A program made the position numbers and the translations under genes. A stretch of DNA of 64,000 nt from Candidatus Altiarchaeota archaeon. Its GTDB lineage: Archaea; Altiarchaeota; Altiarchaeia; IMC4; SCGC-AAA252-I15. This document shows positions 37,576 through 47,276 of this stretch, in pieces. The stretch covers positions 25,822 to 89,821 of the forward strand of contig JBDRLL010000020.1 in NCBI GenBank assembly GCA_043813075.1, read 5' to 3'. Every line of letters starts with the position of its first letter. Positions within the stretch are counted from its first letter, which is position 1. Below the pieces are notes generated by a model. It was not told where the DNA came from. It worked only from the letters and a program-made list of their open reading frames with translations, and did no database searches.

Positions 37576-38687
37576 GCCTCATAGGACACGACATCCTTCC
37601 TCTGGGCCATCTGATATCCTATAACAACCCTCTGGTAGCCGCTTAATTCCTTATCCAGGCATGCATCTCCAGTATCCACCCTCAAATACCTTGTCTCAGA
37701 TAGTTTGTGGGGTGTCGCCACAATGATTATGTTCCTAACACCAGCCTTCCTTATCACTTCAGGGCTTATCTGCTGGTTTCCCCTGCCGAACACGAAACCC
37801 TGAGCGCCAATGGGGCTTACCATGATCTTCACCCTGTCAAAACCCTCCATCAATCCAAGCAGCTCTCTCTCACCGACGTCTCTAGCAATCAGCTTACCGT
37901 CCTTCACGACATCAACGCCGAGAAGCGTCTTTTCAACTCCTAGCCTGTCGGCAATTGCATTAACCGTTGTTCCTGCACCGAGTATGTATGCGGACCCGTC
38001 TCTCATGAACTCTGCCGCAAACTCTGCGATACCCCTCTTAGCCTCCTCCTCACCCCCGCCAGAGTAAATAGTCTTCGAGTCCTGGACCAGCATCGGCTTA
38101 TACGGTGTCACTGCATAGCCGTAAACCCTTGTCTCCAGCCTATTGCTCCTGTACGCCTCCTCGTCAACGTCCATCACCTCTGACTCCTTCAAGTCAGCAT
38201 CGCCATTCAGGAACTCCAATACCATCTCCCCAGCAGCCTCCGGGTTCACCGCAAAAACGCTTGAATGCATCTTAACCCCTGCAGGTATACCTAAAACGGG
38301 GATATCGTCTGAAACCACCTCGTAAACGTCTCTCGCAGTCCCGTCACCACCGCAGAAGAGTATCAAGTCAACTTCATTCCCCAAGAACACCCTACAGGCT
38401 TCAATGGTATCCGCCCTGCTGGTGTCATCTCCCGGCTCGTAGACCACGTCACATCCAACACCCGCGTCACCCAAAACGCATGCGCCCATTATGCCGCCGC
38501 AAGACAGTATCATGATGTCCCCGCAACCAGCCTTCAAGACTCTCACAGCCCTCAAAGCCTTATCTGCGGCATGGGGGACAGCACCCCTCCCCACCGCCTC
38601 TCCGACCAGCTCGTCAGTACCCTTAAGGCCCACCGAACCCCCCATGCCTGCTATCGGGTTAACGAGAAAACCTAGCTTCTTCATCAT
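37572..38687 (-). CDS. ATP-NAD kinase family protein
   Basis: LVNPIAGMGGSVGLKGTD, GGDGTARD, GIPAGVKMHS, GRGNQQIS. Confidence 0.88.
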   Translation of the reverse strand: MMKKLGFLVNPIAGMGGSVGLKGTDELVGEAVGRGAVPHAADKALRAVRVLKAGCGDIMILSCGGIMGACVLGDAGVGCDVVYEPGDDTSRADTIEACRVFLGNEVDLILFCGGDGTARDVYEVVSDDIPVLGIPAGVKMHSSVFAVNPEAAGEMVLEFLNGDADLKESEVMDVDEEAYRSNRLETRVYGYAVTPYKPMLVQDSKTIYSGGGEEEAKRGIAEFAAEFMRDGSAYILGAGTTVNAIADRLGVEKTLLGVDVVKDGKLIARDVGERELLGLMEGFDRVKIMVSPIGAQGFVFGRGNQQISPEVIRKAGVRNIIIVATPHKLSETRYLRVDTGDACLDKELSGYQRVVIGYQMAQRKDVVSYEA

Positions 38688-39775
38688 ACGCCCACGCACT
38701 CCCTATACTCTCTCGCAGTCTCCTTCCCTACCCTATCCCATCCGTACTCCCTAACCCTCTGATAGTTGCGCTCCCCCATCGCATTCAAATCAGCTTCTAA
38801 TGACCTTATCATCCCATCTAAAAGCCCTTCACTGTCAGAGGGGTCGTATAGGATGCACCCATCATCGCCGAGCATGTCACTAACGTAACCCATCGCTGGC
38901 GTGATTACCGGCTTCCTGAATGATGCTGCAAGAATAAGCGACCCTGAAGTCAGGGTCTCCTTGAACGGGAGTACGACGACGTCCGAGGCATTCATGTACA
39001 ACTGGACTTCATCGTTTCTCACGCGTCTGAAGACTGTCTTAATCCTATCATCGTCCCCCACACGCTCTTTCACTTCATCCACAACCCAGCGAGTATAGTC
39101 CTCACCGACAATCAATAGCCTTGTTCCAGGAGCATCCATCCTCCTGAAGGCTTCAACCAGTTCTGGAACCCCCTTATACGGTTTTATGGACCCGAAATAG
39201 AGGAAGACAATACCACTCCCCTCAACACCTATCCTCCTCCTCGCCTCCCCCCTGGAAACGTCATCCCCATAATAACCTATATAATTCCCATGGGGTATCA
39301 CTCTTATCCTACCCCTACCCCCTAGCCCATACAACTCCTCTACCGTCTCCATGGCACTGGGGTTGTGGACTATAATCCTATCGCACAGCCTCGAGAAAAC
39401 CCTCCTCAAGAAGCACTCCACCCTCTCCTTGTTGTCCTGATCTACCTCATACGTCGTCAAGTCATGCACAGTCCAGAATATCCTGACCCCCAGAATCCTA
39501 AGCAAAAAAACCTGACTAAGGAATATGAACGATTTCACCCTGCTAATCCTCCTCTTCCCACGGGATAATGCCACAAAAAACGTATACACCCAGTGGAAGT
39601 GCATGACGTCCGGCCTGTAATTCCTTAAATACGCGGATATCGGCGCTGATATGTACGAAGAGAAGACATAATTGTATTCCACCACTTCAACACCCTCCCG
39701 GGCTAGCGAGTCGTTGAGCAGCCTATTGTACGGATTCACTTCCGGAAGGCAGCATGGCATGTGAATGACCTTCAT
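38684..39775 (-). CDS. GT4 glycosyltransferase
   Basis: NPYNRLL, WTVHD, IPHGNY, FGSIKPYKG, SDVVVLPF..TSGS. Confidence 0.88.
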   Translation of the reverse strand: MKVIHMPCCLPEVNPYNRLLNDSLAREGVEVVEYNYVFSSYISAPISAYLRNYRPDVMHFHWVYTFFVALSRGKRRISRVKSFIFLSQVFLLRILGVRIFWTVHDLTTYEVDQDNKERVECFLRRVFSRLCDRIIVHNPSAMETVEELYGLGGRGRIRVIPHGNYIGYYGDDVSRGEARRRIGVEGSGIVFLYFGSIKPYKGVPELVEAFRRMDAPGTRLLIVGEDYTRWVVDEVKERVGDDDRIKTVFRRVRNDEVQLYMNASDVVVLPFKETLTSGSLILAASFRKPVITPAMGYVSDMLGDDGCILYDPSDSEGLLDGMIRSLEADLNAMGERNYQRVREYGWDRVGKETAREYRECVGV

Positions 39776-39855
39776 ATAATCCCCTCAAACCCTTTTTATA
39801 AACCTAATAATTATCCCCCTGAATAGTTATTAACCTGGTTTATACATTTATTACG

Positions 39856-40143
39856 ATGGATATCGAAGCCATATGGCTGCTGTTCGGCCTGGCCGCCCAG
39901 TTCCTATTCTTCCTGCGTTTTTTCGTCCAATGGATTGTCTCAGAGAAGCAGGGGAAGAGTGTTATGCCAATACAGTTCTGGTACCTCAGCCTGCTGGGAG
40001 GGGCTTCGCTTTTCATATATGCCGTCCACATACGGGATCCGGTTTTCATGATAGGGCAGGGAGGAGGTTTATTCTTCTACGTGCGGAATCTCATGCTCAT
40101 ACGCAAGAACAGGAAGGGGCCTGTCGGCCATGGCCTTAACTGA
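39856..40143 (+). CDS. LAB_N-type (lipid A biosynthesis N-terminal domain) small membrane protein
   Basis: FFLRFFVQWIVSEK..KSVMP..FWYLSL.G, DPVF..GQ, YVRNL. Confidence 0.85.
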   Translation: MDIEAIWLLFGLAAQFLFFLRFFVQWIVSEKQGKSVMPIQFWYLSLLGGASLFIYAVHIRDPVFMIGQGGGLFFYVRNLMLIRKNRKGPVGHGLN

Positions 40144-41347
40144 GCTTTATGCTCTCGTATATCCTAACCAGTCTCTCACTTAGCTTTCTGATGTCGTACT
40201 TCTCTTCAACGACTTCCCTGGCTTTAATGCACATGCCCTCCCATATCCCTGGATTATCCATGAGGTAGGCGATTCTCTCGGCGATGGCGTCAGCATCCCT
40301 CTCTGGCACAAGTAACCCGTTCACACCATCCTCTATAATCTCCGGTATCCCCCCGTGCAAAGTCGCTACTACAGGCAGCCCTATTGCGGAAGCCTCCTTT
40401 ATCGCGCTGGGTATGCCCTCCTCATCCCCTAACTTGGACATGTGGCTTGCGAGTACGAAAACATCCGCCTCATTCATCATCCCCGCCACTTCATCATGGC
40501 TCGCCTTCCCCTCGAACCTGACCCTGCCTTCCAGGCATAGTTCAGACACGAGTGACTCTAAAACCCTCCTACCATCTCCGTCACCAACTATGGTGTACTC
40601 AACATCCCTGCCTTCTGAAACCAGCTTTCCAACCGCCCTGATGGAGTATTTATAACCCTTCTTGTCTGTGAGCCTTCCGACAGTTATTAAACGAAGCCTT
40701 CCACCAGGCTCATAAACAACACCCCTATACCTGAATTTATCCAAGTCGACTCCCATAGGGTGCACGATAATCCTTCCCTCGTCACAGCCCAATTCAACAA
40801 GCCTGTCCTTGAAATGCTCTGACACCGGTAGAAACAAGTCCCCCTCCCTGAACAAATCACCGTAATCTACAATACCCTGCCGAACCAGCATTGATATGTC
40901 ATACCCGTGGAATGCCGTCACAATCTTGCCTTTCACCCCCATCTTCTTAAGGCATAGGGAAAGACTTCCATTGAACCCGAAGTGCGCGTGTATGACGTCA
41001 AACCCCCTTCCACATGACTTATGGAACAAGTAGACTGGTTTCGTGGACTTATCCCTAAGACAGCACAAGGCCAGGTGGAAAGGAATCAATGGATTCATAA
41101 GGCTCATGAATCCTGACATCAAAACCGCCTTTAAAACACGCTCCAGCATGCCGTCAGGCATTTCAAGGTATTCTGTCTTCTCAATAAGCGAATAACGATC
41201 CACCTTCCCATTAACATAATGCTTACCGGAGTTTCCGGTCGAGAATATCCTAACATCACAACCCTCTTCTATTACGCCCACAATCTGGTCGATTATGAAA
41301 GACTGAGAAACCACCGGAAATTCAGATACTACAAACGCTACCCTCAT
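40136..41347 (-). CDS. GT4 glycosyltransferase (WcaL-like)
   Basis: FPVVSQSFI, IHAHFG, FHGYD, VGRLTDKKG, EGIPSAIKEA, HGGIPE. Confidence 0.9.
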   Translation of the reverse strand: MRVAFVVSEFPVVSQSFIIDQIVGVIEEGCDVRIFSTGNSGKHYVNGKVDRYSLIEKTEYLEMPDGMLERVLKAVLMSGFMSLMNPLIPFHLALCCLRDKSTKPVYLFHKSCGRGFDVIHAHFGFNGSLSLCLKKMGVKGKIVTAFHGYDISMLVRQGIVDYGDLFREGDLFLPVSEHFKDRLVELGCDEGRIIVHPMGVDLDKFRYRGVVYEPGGRLRLITVGRLTDKKGYKYSIRAVGKLVSEGRDVEYTIVGDGDGRRVLESLVSELCLEGRVRFEGKASHDEVAGMMNEADVFVLASHMSKLGDEEGIPSAIKEASAIGLPVVATLHGGIPEIIEDGVNGLLVPERDADAIAERIAYLMDNPGIWEGMCIKAREVVEEKYDIRKLSERLVRIYESIKLS

Positions 41348-41390
41348 TACGTTATCTTTTATGTGGACATGATTATATTTAACAGCAAAA

Positions 41391-41552
41391 ATGAGGATGC
41401 ACTACTGCCGCCAATGCAAGGCATACACTCTTAAGGAAGCCTGCTCAAAATGTAATGCGGTCACAACCAGCATCGGCCCGGCAAGATACTCCCCGCAAGA
41501 CCAATACGGGAAATACCGGAGGATGATGAAAAAACAGATGGGTGAAGCATGA
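41391..41552 (+). CDS. nop10: H/ACA RNP protein Nop10
   Basis: Not in the track. MRMHYCRQCKAYTLKEACSKC...PARYSPQDQYGKYRR; directly upstream of PAC2 as in the usual archaeal operon. Confidence 0.92.
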   Translation: MRMHYCRQCKAYTLKEACSKCNAVTTSIGPARYSPQDQYGKYRRMMKKQMGEA

Positions 41553-42319
41553 TGGAAGCGGTGATACTGAAATACTACGAGAAACCGGAACTAAAGAACA
41601 CCGTGCTAATCGAGGGTCTCCCCGGCATAGGCCTCGTGGGCAAGCTTGCGGCAGACCACATGCAGGACGAGCTCAAGGCAAAGAAATTCGCCGAGATAAT
41701 ATCCCCTTTCCTCCCGCCACAAGTATCCATCCAGGATGACGGGACAGTCAAGCTTGTTAAACTGGAGTTCTACTACTGGAAGGGCAAGAAAAATGACGTC
41801 ATACTCCTCCTCGGGGACTTTCAGGGCATATCACCCGACAGCCAGTACCAGCTTGCTGAGAAGACGCTGGACTTGGCTGAGGAATTCAAGGTAAAAAGAG
41901 TCTACACTCTCGGAGGGCTTGGCACAGGAGCCATAACCCACAAGCCACGCGTTTTCGGGGCTGCGACAGACAAAAAACTTGTGGAATCCCTCGAGGGATA
42001 TGGGATAATCTTCAAGGGTGGTGGTGCAATCTTCGGAGCCAGCGGACTTCTATTAGGGCTTGGCATGGAGCGCGGCGTAGAGGGGGTGTGTCTTATGGGA
42101 GAGACGCACGGCCAGATAATCGACGCTAAAAGCGCTGAAGCCGTCCTAGACTCCCTAACCAAGATACTGGGGATTGAAGTCGATATGGCTGAACTGGCGA
42201 AGAAGGCTAAGGATACTGAAGAGCAGATCAACAAGATGAGCCAGATGATATCCACCTACAAGGAGGCTGCCGACCGCCAGCAGGAACTTCTTAACGAGCC
42301 TCCCTCATACATACGCTAG
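41549..42319 (+). CDS. PAC2-family proteasome assembly chaperone
   Basis: EGLPGIGLVGKL, PPQV, GDFQ, TLGG, GASGLLLG, CLMGETHG, D.KSA. Confidence 0.92.
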   Translation: MMEAVILKYYEKPELKNTVLIEGLPGIGLVGKLAADHMQDELKAKKFAEIISPFLPPQVSIQDDGTVKLVKLEFYYWKGKKNDVILLLGDFQGISPDSQYQLAEKTLDLAEEFKVKRVYTLGGLGTGAITHKPRVFGAATDKKLVESLEGYGIIFKGGGAIFGASGLLLGLGMERGVEGVCLMGETHGQIIDAKSAEAVLDSLTKILGIEVDMAELAKKAKDTEEQINKMSQMISTYKEAADRQQELLNEPPSYIR

Positions 42320-42888
42320 TCACGCAGCCTCGCGCAGATGTTTTCAGCAAGGTTTAAGACAGTCGTCATGCCCACATCATCATCCAAGACGCTGCCTGGC
42401 GCGTGTGCGGTGGCTATACCTCCGAAGTGGGCTGTCCTAGAATCCCCCACAATCATCATCTCATGGATCAGCATTGCCGCGTGTATCTGATGTATCACAT
42501 ACTCCTGGCCTCCATTCCTGCTTCCACCAACGGCGAGCGCTCCACCTATCTTCCCCGAAAGCATCATCCCGTTCCTCCTTAAGGGCAGTGTCCTGTCGAA
42601 CAGCGTCCTGAGCCTGCCGCTCACTCCCCCAAAATATGTTGGGCTAGCGATTATGATGGCGTCCGCCCCACGCATCCTGTCAAGCAATCCAATCCCATCG
42701 TCTTCCTGGCTGCACGCGTACTCCTTCCTGCATGCGTCGCACACAGTGCAGTACCTGACGTCATAATCAACCAAGTCCACCTGCTCCGTCTCCAAGCCGT
42801 TTTTAACGCAGACTTCAAGGGCCTTGCACACCATAACACTGGTGTTCCCATCCTTCCTGTGGCTTCCGTTTATCCCTAGAACCTTCAA
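42316..42888 (-). CDS. Iron-sulfur flavoprotein / NADPH-dependent FMN reductase family
   Basis: GINGSHRKDGNT, CTVCDAC..C, ASPTYFG, GGSRNGGQE. Confidence 0.88.
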   Translation of the reverse strand: MKVLGINGSHRKDGNTSVMVCKALEVCVKNGLETEQVDLVDYDVRYCTVCDACRKEYACSQEDDGIGLLDRMRGADAIIIASPTYFGGVSGRLRTLFDRTLPLRRNGMMLSGKIGGALAVGGSRNGGQEYVIHQIHAAMLIHEMMIVGDSRTAHFGGIATAHAPGSVLDDDVGMTTVLNLAENICARLRD

Positions 42889-43697
42889 TTTAACCCCAAA
42901 ACATCGTCCATGCCATAGACGCCCTTCTTGCCGTCAATGAATCTGACTGCGAGTATGACGCCGTTCACGAACGCGTCCCTGCTGTGCGCACGGTGCGTCA
43001 ACTCCAAATGCTCTCCAACAGACCCAAAGTACACCGTATGGTCTCCCACAATATCCCCTGCCCGTATGCTGTGTATGCCTATCTCACCCTCCTTCCGCGG
43101 GCATAGGCCTTTCCTACCGTAGACGCCACAGTCTGAAATCTTCCTTCCAGTGGCTTCCGCTATTAATCCAGCAGTCTTCATGGCGGTTCCTGAGGGAGCG
43201 TCCTTCTTGAATCTATGGTGCGCTTCCACAACCTCCACGTCATAGTCCTTCAGCATGCCGGCCGCCTTCTTCACTATGTTCCAGTACACGTTGACTGCTA
43301 TACTCATGTTCGGGCTTATCACCGCGCCCACGCCATTGTCTCTTATGACGTCTTCCAGCTTCTTGCGTTCATCGTCGCTGAAACCTGTCGTCCCGATGAT
43401 CAGGTTAACACCCTTGCCTGCGAGCACTCCAGTGTTCTGGCAGCAGGCTTTCGCTATCGTGAAGTCCACTGCGACGTCAGGCTTTGACTTAGCTAGGGCG
43501 CCCTCCAAATCCTCTATGCTAGATACTTTCACGCCTAACTCTCCAACGCCCGCAAGCAAACCCACGTCTAACCCCACATCTCCACTTCCCTTCTCAGCGA
43601 ACGCTGCCACAACATCCAAGTCATCCTCCCTCATCATCCTGGCTGCTATCAGCCTTCCCATCCTTCCCGTGCCGATTAACGCTACTTTTATGACCAT
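42885..43697 (-). CDS. dapB: 4-hydroxy-tetrahydrodipicolinate reductase
   Basis: GTGRMG, VDFT, IGTTG, EAHHRFKKDAPSGTA, IRAGDIVGDH. Confidence 0.96.
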   Translation of the reverse strand: MVIKVALIGTGRMGRLIAARMMREDDLDVVAAFAEKGSGDVGLDVGLLAGVGELGVKVSSIEDLEGALAKSKPDVAVDFTIAKACCQNTGVLAGKGVNLIIGTTGFSDDERKKLEDVIRDNGVGAVISPNMSIAVNVYWNIVKKAAGMLKDYDVEVVEAHHRFKKDAPSGTAMKTAGLIAEATGRKISDCGVYGRKGLCPRKEGEIGIHSIRAGDIVGDHTVYFGSVGEHLELTHRAHSRDAFVNGVILAVRFIDGKKGVYGMDDVLGLN

Positions 43698-43713
43698 ATT
43701 CCGATAAACTATT

Positions 43714-44097
43714 ATGGCAGATGTTTTAATAATCGCCGGCAGCAAATCCGATAAGGAGGTTGTCGAGAAGGCGGAAGGCGTGTTGAAAGAATCCGGCGTA
43801 TCCTACGCGGTCGAGTACTGCAGCGCCCACCGGGAGCCTGAACGCCTCGACGAGATAATCTCCAAGGCCGGCGCCAGGGTGTTCATCTGCATAGCCGGCC
43901 TCAGCGCAGCACTACCCGGGGTCGTCGCATCCAAGACCAAGAAACCGGTAATCGGCGTGCCAGTGAACGTGAAGCTCAACGGCCTCGACGCACTACTCAG
44001 CACAATGCAGATGCCGCCCGGCGTGCCGGTCGCGGCTGTGGGGATAGATAATGGCGCGAACGCCGCTTATCTAGCGGTTAGGATTCTTAATGCGTAG
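43714..44097 (+). CDS. purE: N5-CAIR mutase / AIR carboxylase
   Basis: [33 protein letters not shown]. Confidence 0.95.
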   Translation: MADVLIIAGSKSDKEVVEKAEGVLKESGVSYAVEYCSAHREPERLDEIISKAGARVFICIAGLSAALPGVVASKTKKPVIGVPVNVKLNGLDALLSTMQMPPGVPVAAVGIDNGANAAYLAVRILNA

Positions 44098-44109
44098 TTT
44101 GTTTTAACT

Positions 44110-44163
44110 GTGGGGTGAGCATATCGAACCCCACTCATTCTGATCGACCTTTTGTTAAAAGGT
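44110..44163. repeat. Two adjacent inverted repeats between purE and its duplicated 3' end
   Basis: GTGGGGT/ACCCCAC (44110-34) and ACCTTTT-GTT-AAAAGGT (44147-63). Confidence 0.7.
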
Positions 44164-44169
44164 TGGCAT

Positions 44170-44256
44170 ATGCCGCCAGGAGTCCCAGTAGCCGCAGTCG
44201 GCATAGACAACGGCAAGAACGCAGCCCACCTAGCGATACGTATACCCAACGCATAA
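44170..44256 (+). pseudogene. Duplicated, recoded 3' fragment of purE
   Basis: [28 protein letters not shown] versus pur[29 protein letters not shown] (24/28 aa identical, only 7/28 codons identical). Confidence 0.85.
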
Positions 44257-44265
44257 CCCACGTTA

Positions 44266-44868
44266 TTACCTACACATTCTAGCGAAGTTCTCAAGTATCT
44301 TGAGGCCGGTTTCCCCGCTTTTCTCCGGATGGAATTGGGTGGCGTGAATATTGTCCTTGGATATTATGGCCGGGAAAGTGGTGCCGTATTCGGTCTCCCC
44401 TGCGATTATGCTCCTGTCCACAGGCTCCGGATAGTAGCTGTGAACAAAATAGAAGAATGAATCGTCGCCAACACCTTCAAGCAGTGGCGTGTCTTTCAGT
44501 ATCCTGACGCTGTTCCACCCCATGTGCGGGACCTTCAGGACTCCGGCGAATCTCTTGCATGTTCCATTGAACAAACCGAGACCCCTTGCTTCCGGGCTCT
44601 CGCCGCTGGAATTGAAGATAAGTTGTATCCCCAGGCATACTCCCATGAACGGTATCCCCGACTCGACGACGTCCATTATCACAGGCCTGAATTCCTCAAC
44701 CCTCTTCATAGCGTCCCCAAAGCTTCCGACGCCCGGGAGTATGACCCCTGAAGCATCTTTTAACGCCTCCGGGTCTTCCGCCATATCCACAGACACTCCT
44801 ATCCTCTTGAACCCATTCCTGATGCTCCAGAGATTACCTGCCCCATAGTCTATAACCCTTATGCTCAT
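44266..44868 (-). CDS. hisH: Imidazole glycerol phosphate synthase glutaminase subunit
   Basis: DYGAGNL, LPGVGSF, GVCLG, PHMGWN, YFVHSY, QFHPEKS. Confidence 0.96.
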   Translation of the reverse strand: MSIRVIDYGAGNLWSIRNGFKRIGVSVDMAEDPEALKDASGVILPGVGSFGDAMKRVEEFRPVIMDVVESGIPFMGVCLGIQLIFNSSGESPEARGLGLFNGTCKRFAGVLKVPHMGWNSVRILKDTPLLEGVGDDSFFYFVHSYYPEPVDRSIIAGETEYGTTFPAIISKDNIHATQFHPEKSGETGLKILENFARMCR

Positions 44869-45599
44869 CTCTTAACAGCCCCTATTATCTCACCCAGCTT
44901 TAAGGGATCCTTTTCCGCTATCGTCCCTGTGACAACAACGTCAGCTCCAGCATCAACAACCGTATCCGCAGCACCACCACTCCTTATCCCTCCGCCGACG
45001 ATTACTGGCACGCTTACAGCATCCTTGACGGAGCGTATCATCTCTGCTGGCACAGGCTTTTCAGCTCCGCTGCCAGCCTCCAGATAGACGCAGTGCATAC
45101 CAAAATACTCTGACGCAAGGGCGTATGACACCGCCTTCTCAAAGTCCACATCCCGTATCCTGTCCACTTCACCGACTTTCTCGACTTCAGTGGGCGTGCC
45201 GCTGGTGCTCACAACTATATACCCCATGGGAATCGGCTTGACGTTTGTCTTACTGAAGGGTATGGCAGCCTTAACCTGCTCTCCCACAAGGAACCTTCTG
45301 TTGTTGGAGTTCACGAGCATCATCCAGAATATGTAGTCAGAGTTGGTGGATACCCCGGCTGCAGTGCTTGGGAACAGTATGGTGGGCAGCCTTGAAGCCG
45401 TCTTGACAGCCCTTACAGTGTCGTCCACTATCCCGCCCTCTATTGTGGAGCCTCCGACCATGATGGCGTCGCTGCCATACTCCTCAGCGACCGCGGCCAG
45501 CCGGCCGGCCGCCTCAGGCTCCTGTTTTTCAGGGTCTATTAGGGTGAAATGCAGCCTGCCATTGTCCCTAACCCACTTGCCTATGACGTCCTCCATCAT
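44865..45599 (-). CDS. Geranylgeranylglyceryl phosphate synthase
   Basis: TLIDPEK, IMVGGS, ILFP, YLEAGSGA, VGGGIR, GADVVVTG. Confidence 0.93.
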   Translation of the reverse strand: MMEDVIGKWVRDNGRLHFTLIDPEKQEPEAAGRLAAVAEEYGSDAIMVGGSTIEGGIVDDTVRAVKTASRLPTILFPSTAAGVSTNSDYIFWMMLVNSNNRRFLVGEQVKAAIPFSKTNVKPIPMGYIVVSTSGTPTEVEKVGEVDRIRDVDFEKAVSYALASEYFGMHCVYLEAGSGAEKPVPAEMIRSVKDAVSVPVIVGGGIRSGGAADTVVDAGADVVVTGTIAEKDPLKLGEIIGAVKR

Positions 45600-46606
45600 A
45601 TCACTCCCGTGGACTCAGCAGCCTCCCTCGCTTTCTCCTCGCTGAGACCTTCCCTTAATATGGTGTACCTGTCTCTCGTGTCCTGCGCTTTCGTCAGCGC
45701 CTCAACTATAATATCCCCCTGAATGCCCAGCTCTTTAGCGGTGGTGGGGGCGCCACACCTCTTCAACGCACCCTTAATAGCCTTCCAATCCGCCTCATGC
45801 AGGTATGCAGACATGATCGCTCCAACACCACATTGTTCCCCATGCAGTGCGGGTTTCTCGCAGATAATGTCGAGCGTGTGGCTGAACAAGTGTTCCGAAC
45901 CGGAGCACGGCCTAGAGCTCCCTGCTATCCCTATAGCCACCCCACTGCTGATCAGGGCCTCGACAAGTATGCTGACGTCAGCCATAACCTTCTCCCCGTT
46001 GTCCATGATTATCCTAGCGCTCATCTCGCTGAGGGCTGAAGCGTAGTCGCCGTAATACTCTCCCTTCTCCCGGTGGGCCAGCTTCCAGTCCAGTACGGCA
46101 GTATAATTGCTTATCGCGTCCGCGCATCCGGCAGACAGCAGCCTCTTCGGCGACTCTGATATTATCCTGGTGTCCGCGATGATTCCCAGCGGACTGTGCA
46201 CCCGGAGTGATATGGGCTTGTCCTTCTTGAGGGAAGCCTGCGGTGACGCTATGCCATCGTGGCTCGCGCTGGTGGGGACGCTTATGAACGGCCTCCTGGT
46301 GTTGAACGCTATTATCTTCCCTGTGTCAAGTACCCTGCCCCCCCCGACGCCTATGACATACCCTATGTCCTCCCCCACGATGCTCGCCTCCAGGAGCTCC
46401 AGCTCCTTCCCGCTAGAGTCCTCTGTAATCACCGTCCCAGAGTCGAGTTCGTCTGCGACAATATCGCCGGCAATCTTCTTGGTCGTCGGATCGCATAGTA
46501 TGAAAGGGTCGCCTTCCAAGCCGAGCTGGTCTACGAGGTCGTCTATCTCATACACCGCCTTCTCACCTATCAAAACCTTTCTCGGCAGTTCAATATCCTT
46601 CATCAT
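45596..46606 (-). CDS. egsA: sn-glycerol-1-phosphate dehydrogenase
   Basis: GVGGGRVLD, VPTSASHDGIASP, SSRPCSGSEHLFSH, LHGEQCG, RDRYTIL. Confidence 0.96.
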   Translation of the reverse strand: MMKDIELPRKVLIGEKAVYEIDDLVDQLGLEGDPFILCDPTTKKIAGDIVADELDSGTVITEDSSGKELELLEASIVGEDIGYVIGVGGGRVLDTGKIIAFNTRRPFISVPTSASHDGIASPQASLKKDKPISLRVHSPLGIIADTRIISESPKRLLSAGCADAISNYTAVLDWKLAHREKGEYYGDYASALSEMSARIIMDNGEKVMADVSILVEALISSGVAIGIAGSSRPCSGSEHLFSHTLDIICEKPALHGEQCGVGAIMSAYLHEADWKAIKGALKRCGAPTTAKELGIQGDIIVEALTKAQDTRDRYTILREGLSEEKAREAAESTGVI

Positions 46607-46902
46607 TCCCTCATATTCACTATCTGAGCGTGCTTCAGACCGCACAACTCCACTATACTATCCTTACCTATCACACCCTCCTCTACTAAAGCGTCGACAA
46701 CCCTGTTCCCAAGCACGTTGACTATCGTACCGGAACCTATCTCCCCAATGAGGCCTTCAACTCCCATCCTATCTCCGCCATAGAAGCCGTGCCCCACATT
46801 TACCTCCAGTTCCCCATCAGAAAAAACCTTTCCCAGAATCTCCGCGTCACAGGCCGCCACAACCACTTCACCGTCCAGCTCATGGACTTTAACGCAAAAC
46901 AT
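46603..46902 (-). CDS. DUF424 family protein
   Basis: VVAACDAEILGK, FYGG, NVLGNRVV, HAQIV. Confidence 0.88.
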   Translation of the reverse strand: MFCVKVHELDGEVVVAACDAEILGKVFSDGELEVNVGHGFYGGDRMGVEGLIGEIGSGTIVNVLGNRVVDALVEEGVIGKDSIVELCGLKHAQIVNMRE

Positions 46903-46905
46903 GAT

Positions 46906-47271
46906 TCAATCCTCCTTCGGGAACGCCAGCGCCCTCAAACGCAGGTAAATCTCCCTGACGACCTGCATCTTGTCAGGGTCCGATGAACTGCCCCTAGCCT
47001 CCTCAATCGACCTGTCGAGGAGCTTAACGTCATCCCCTTGTTCAGCGTCTAAGCCTCTGCCGCCGGACCACTTTATGGGTATTACCACGTTCGCAGCATC
47101 CTCATATCTCGTGCCCATCCTCCTGGCAGCAGTTATGGTCAAATCAGCTATCCTACCCACCTTATCCCCTGGAGTCAACTGCATTAGCGAGGAAGTGTCC
47201 AACTTACTAAGGACGTCCTCCCCTCCAGGAGGCAGATTAACTCTGCCAGAATCCCCCTGCTTATAAGTCAT
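46906..47271 (-). CDS. Orphan hypothetical protein
   Basis: Fills the gap between aIF-2beta and DUF424 on the same strand; no recognisable motif. Confidence 0.55.
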   Translation of the reverse strand: MTYKQGDSGRVNLPPGGEDVLSKLDTSSLMQLTPGDKVGRIADLTITAARRMGTRYEDAANVVIPIKWSGGRGLDAEQGDDVKLLDRSIEEARGSSSDPDKMQVVREIYLRLRALAFPKED

Positions 47272-47276
47272 GGTCT

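Noticed and set aside
39856-40143. Lipid A biosynthesis in an archaeon
   Set aside because: Only the small LAB_N membrane domain is present, which commonly accompanies glycosyltransferases; no lpx genes.
44011-44256. purE duplicate as a diversity-generating retroelement TR/VR pair
   Set aside because: Mismatches are not adenine-specific (many C/G and C/T third-position changes), are mostly synonymous, and no reverse transcriptase is in the window.
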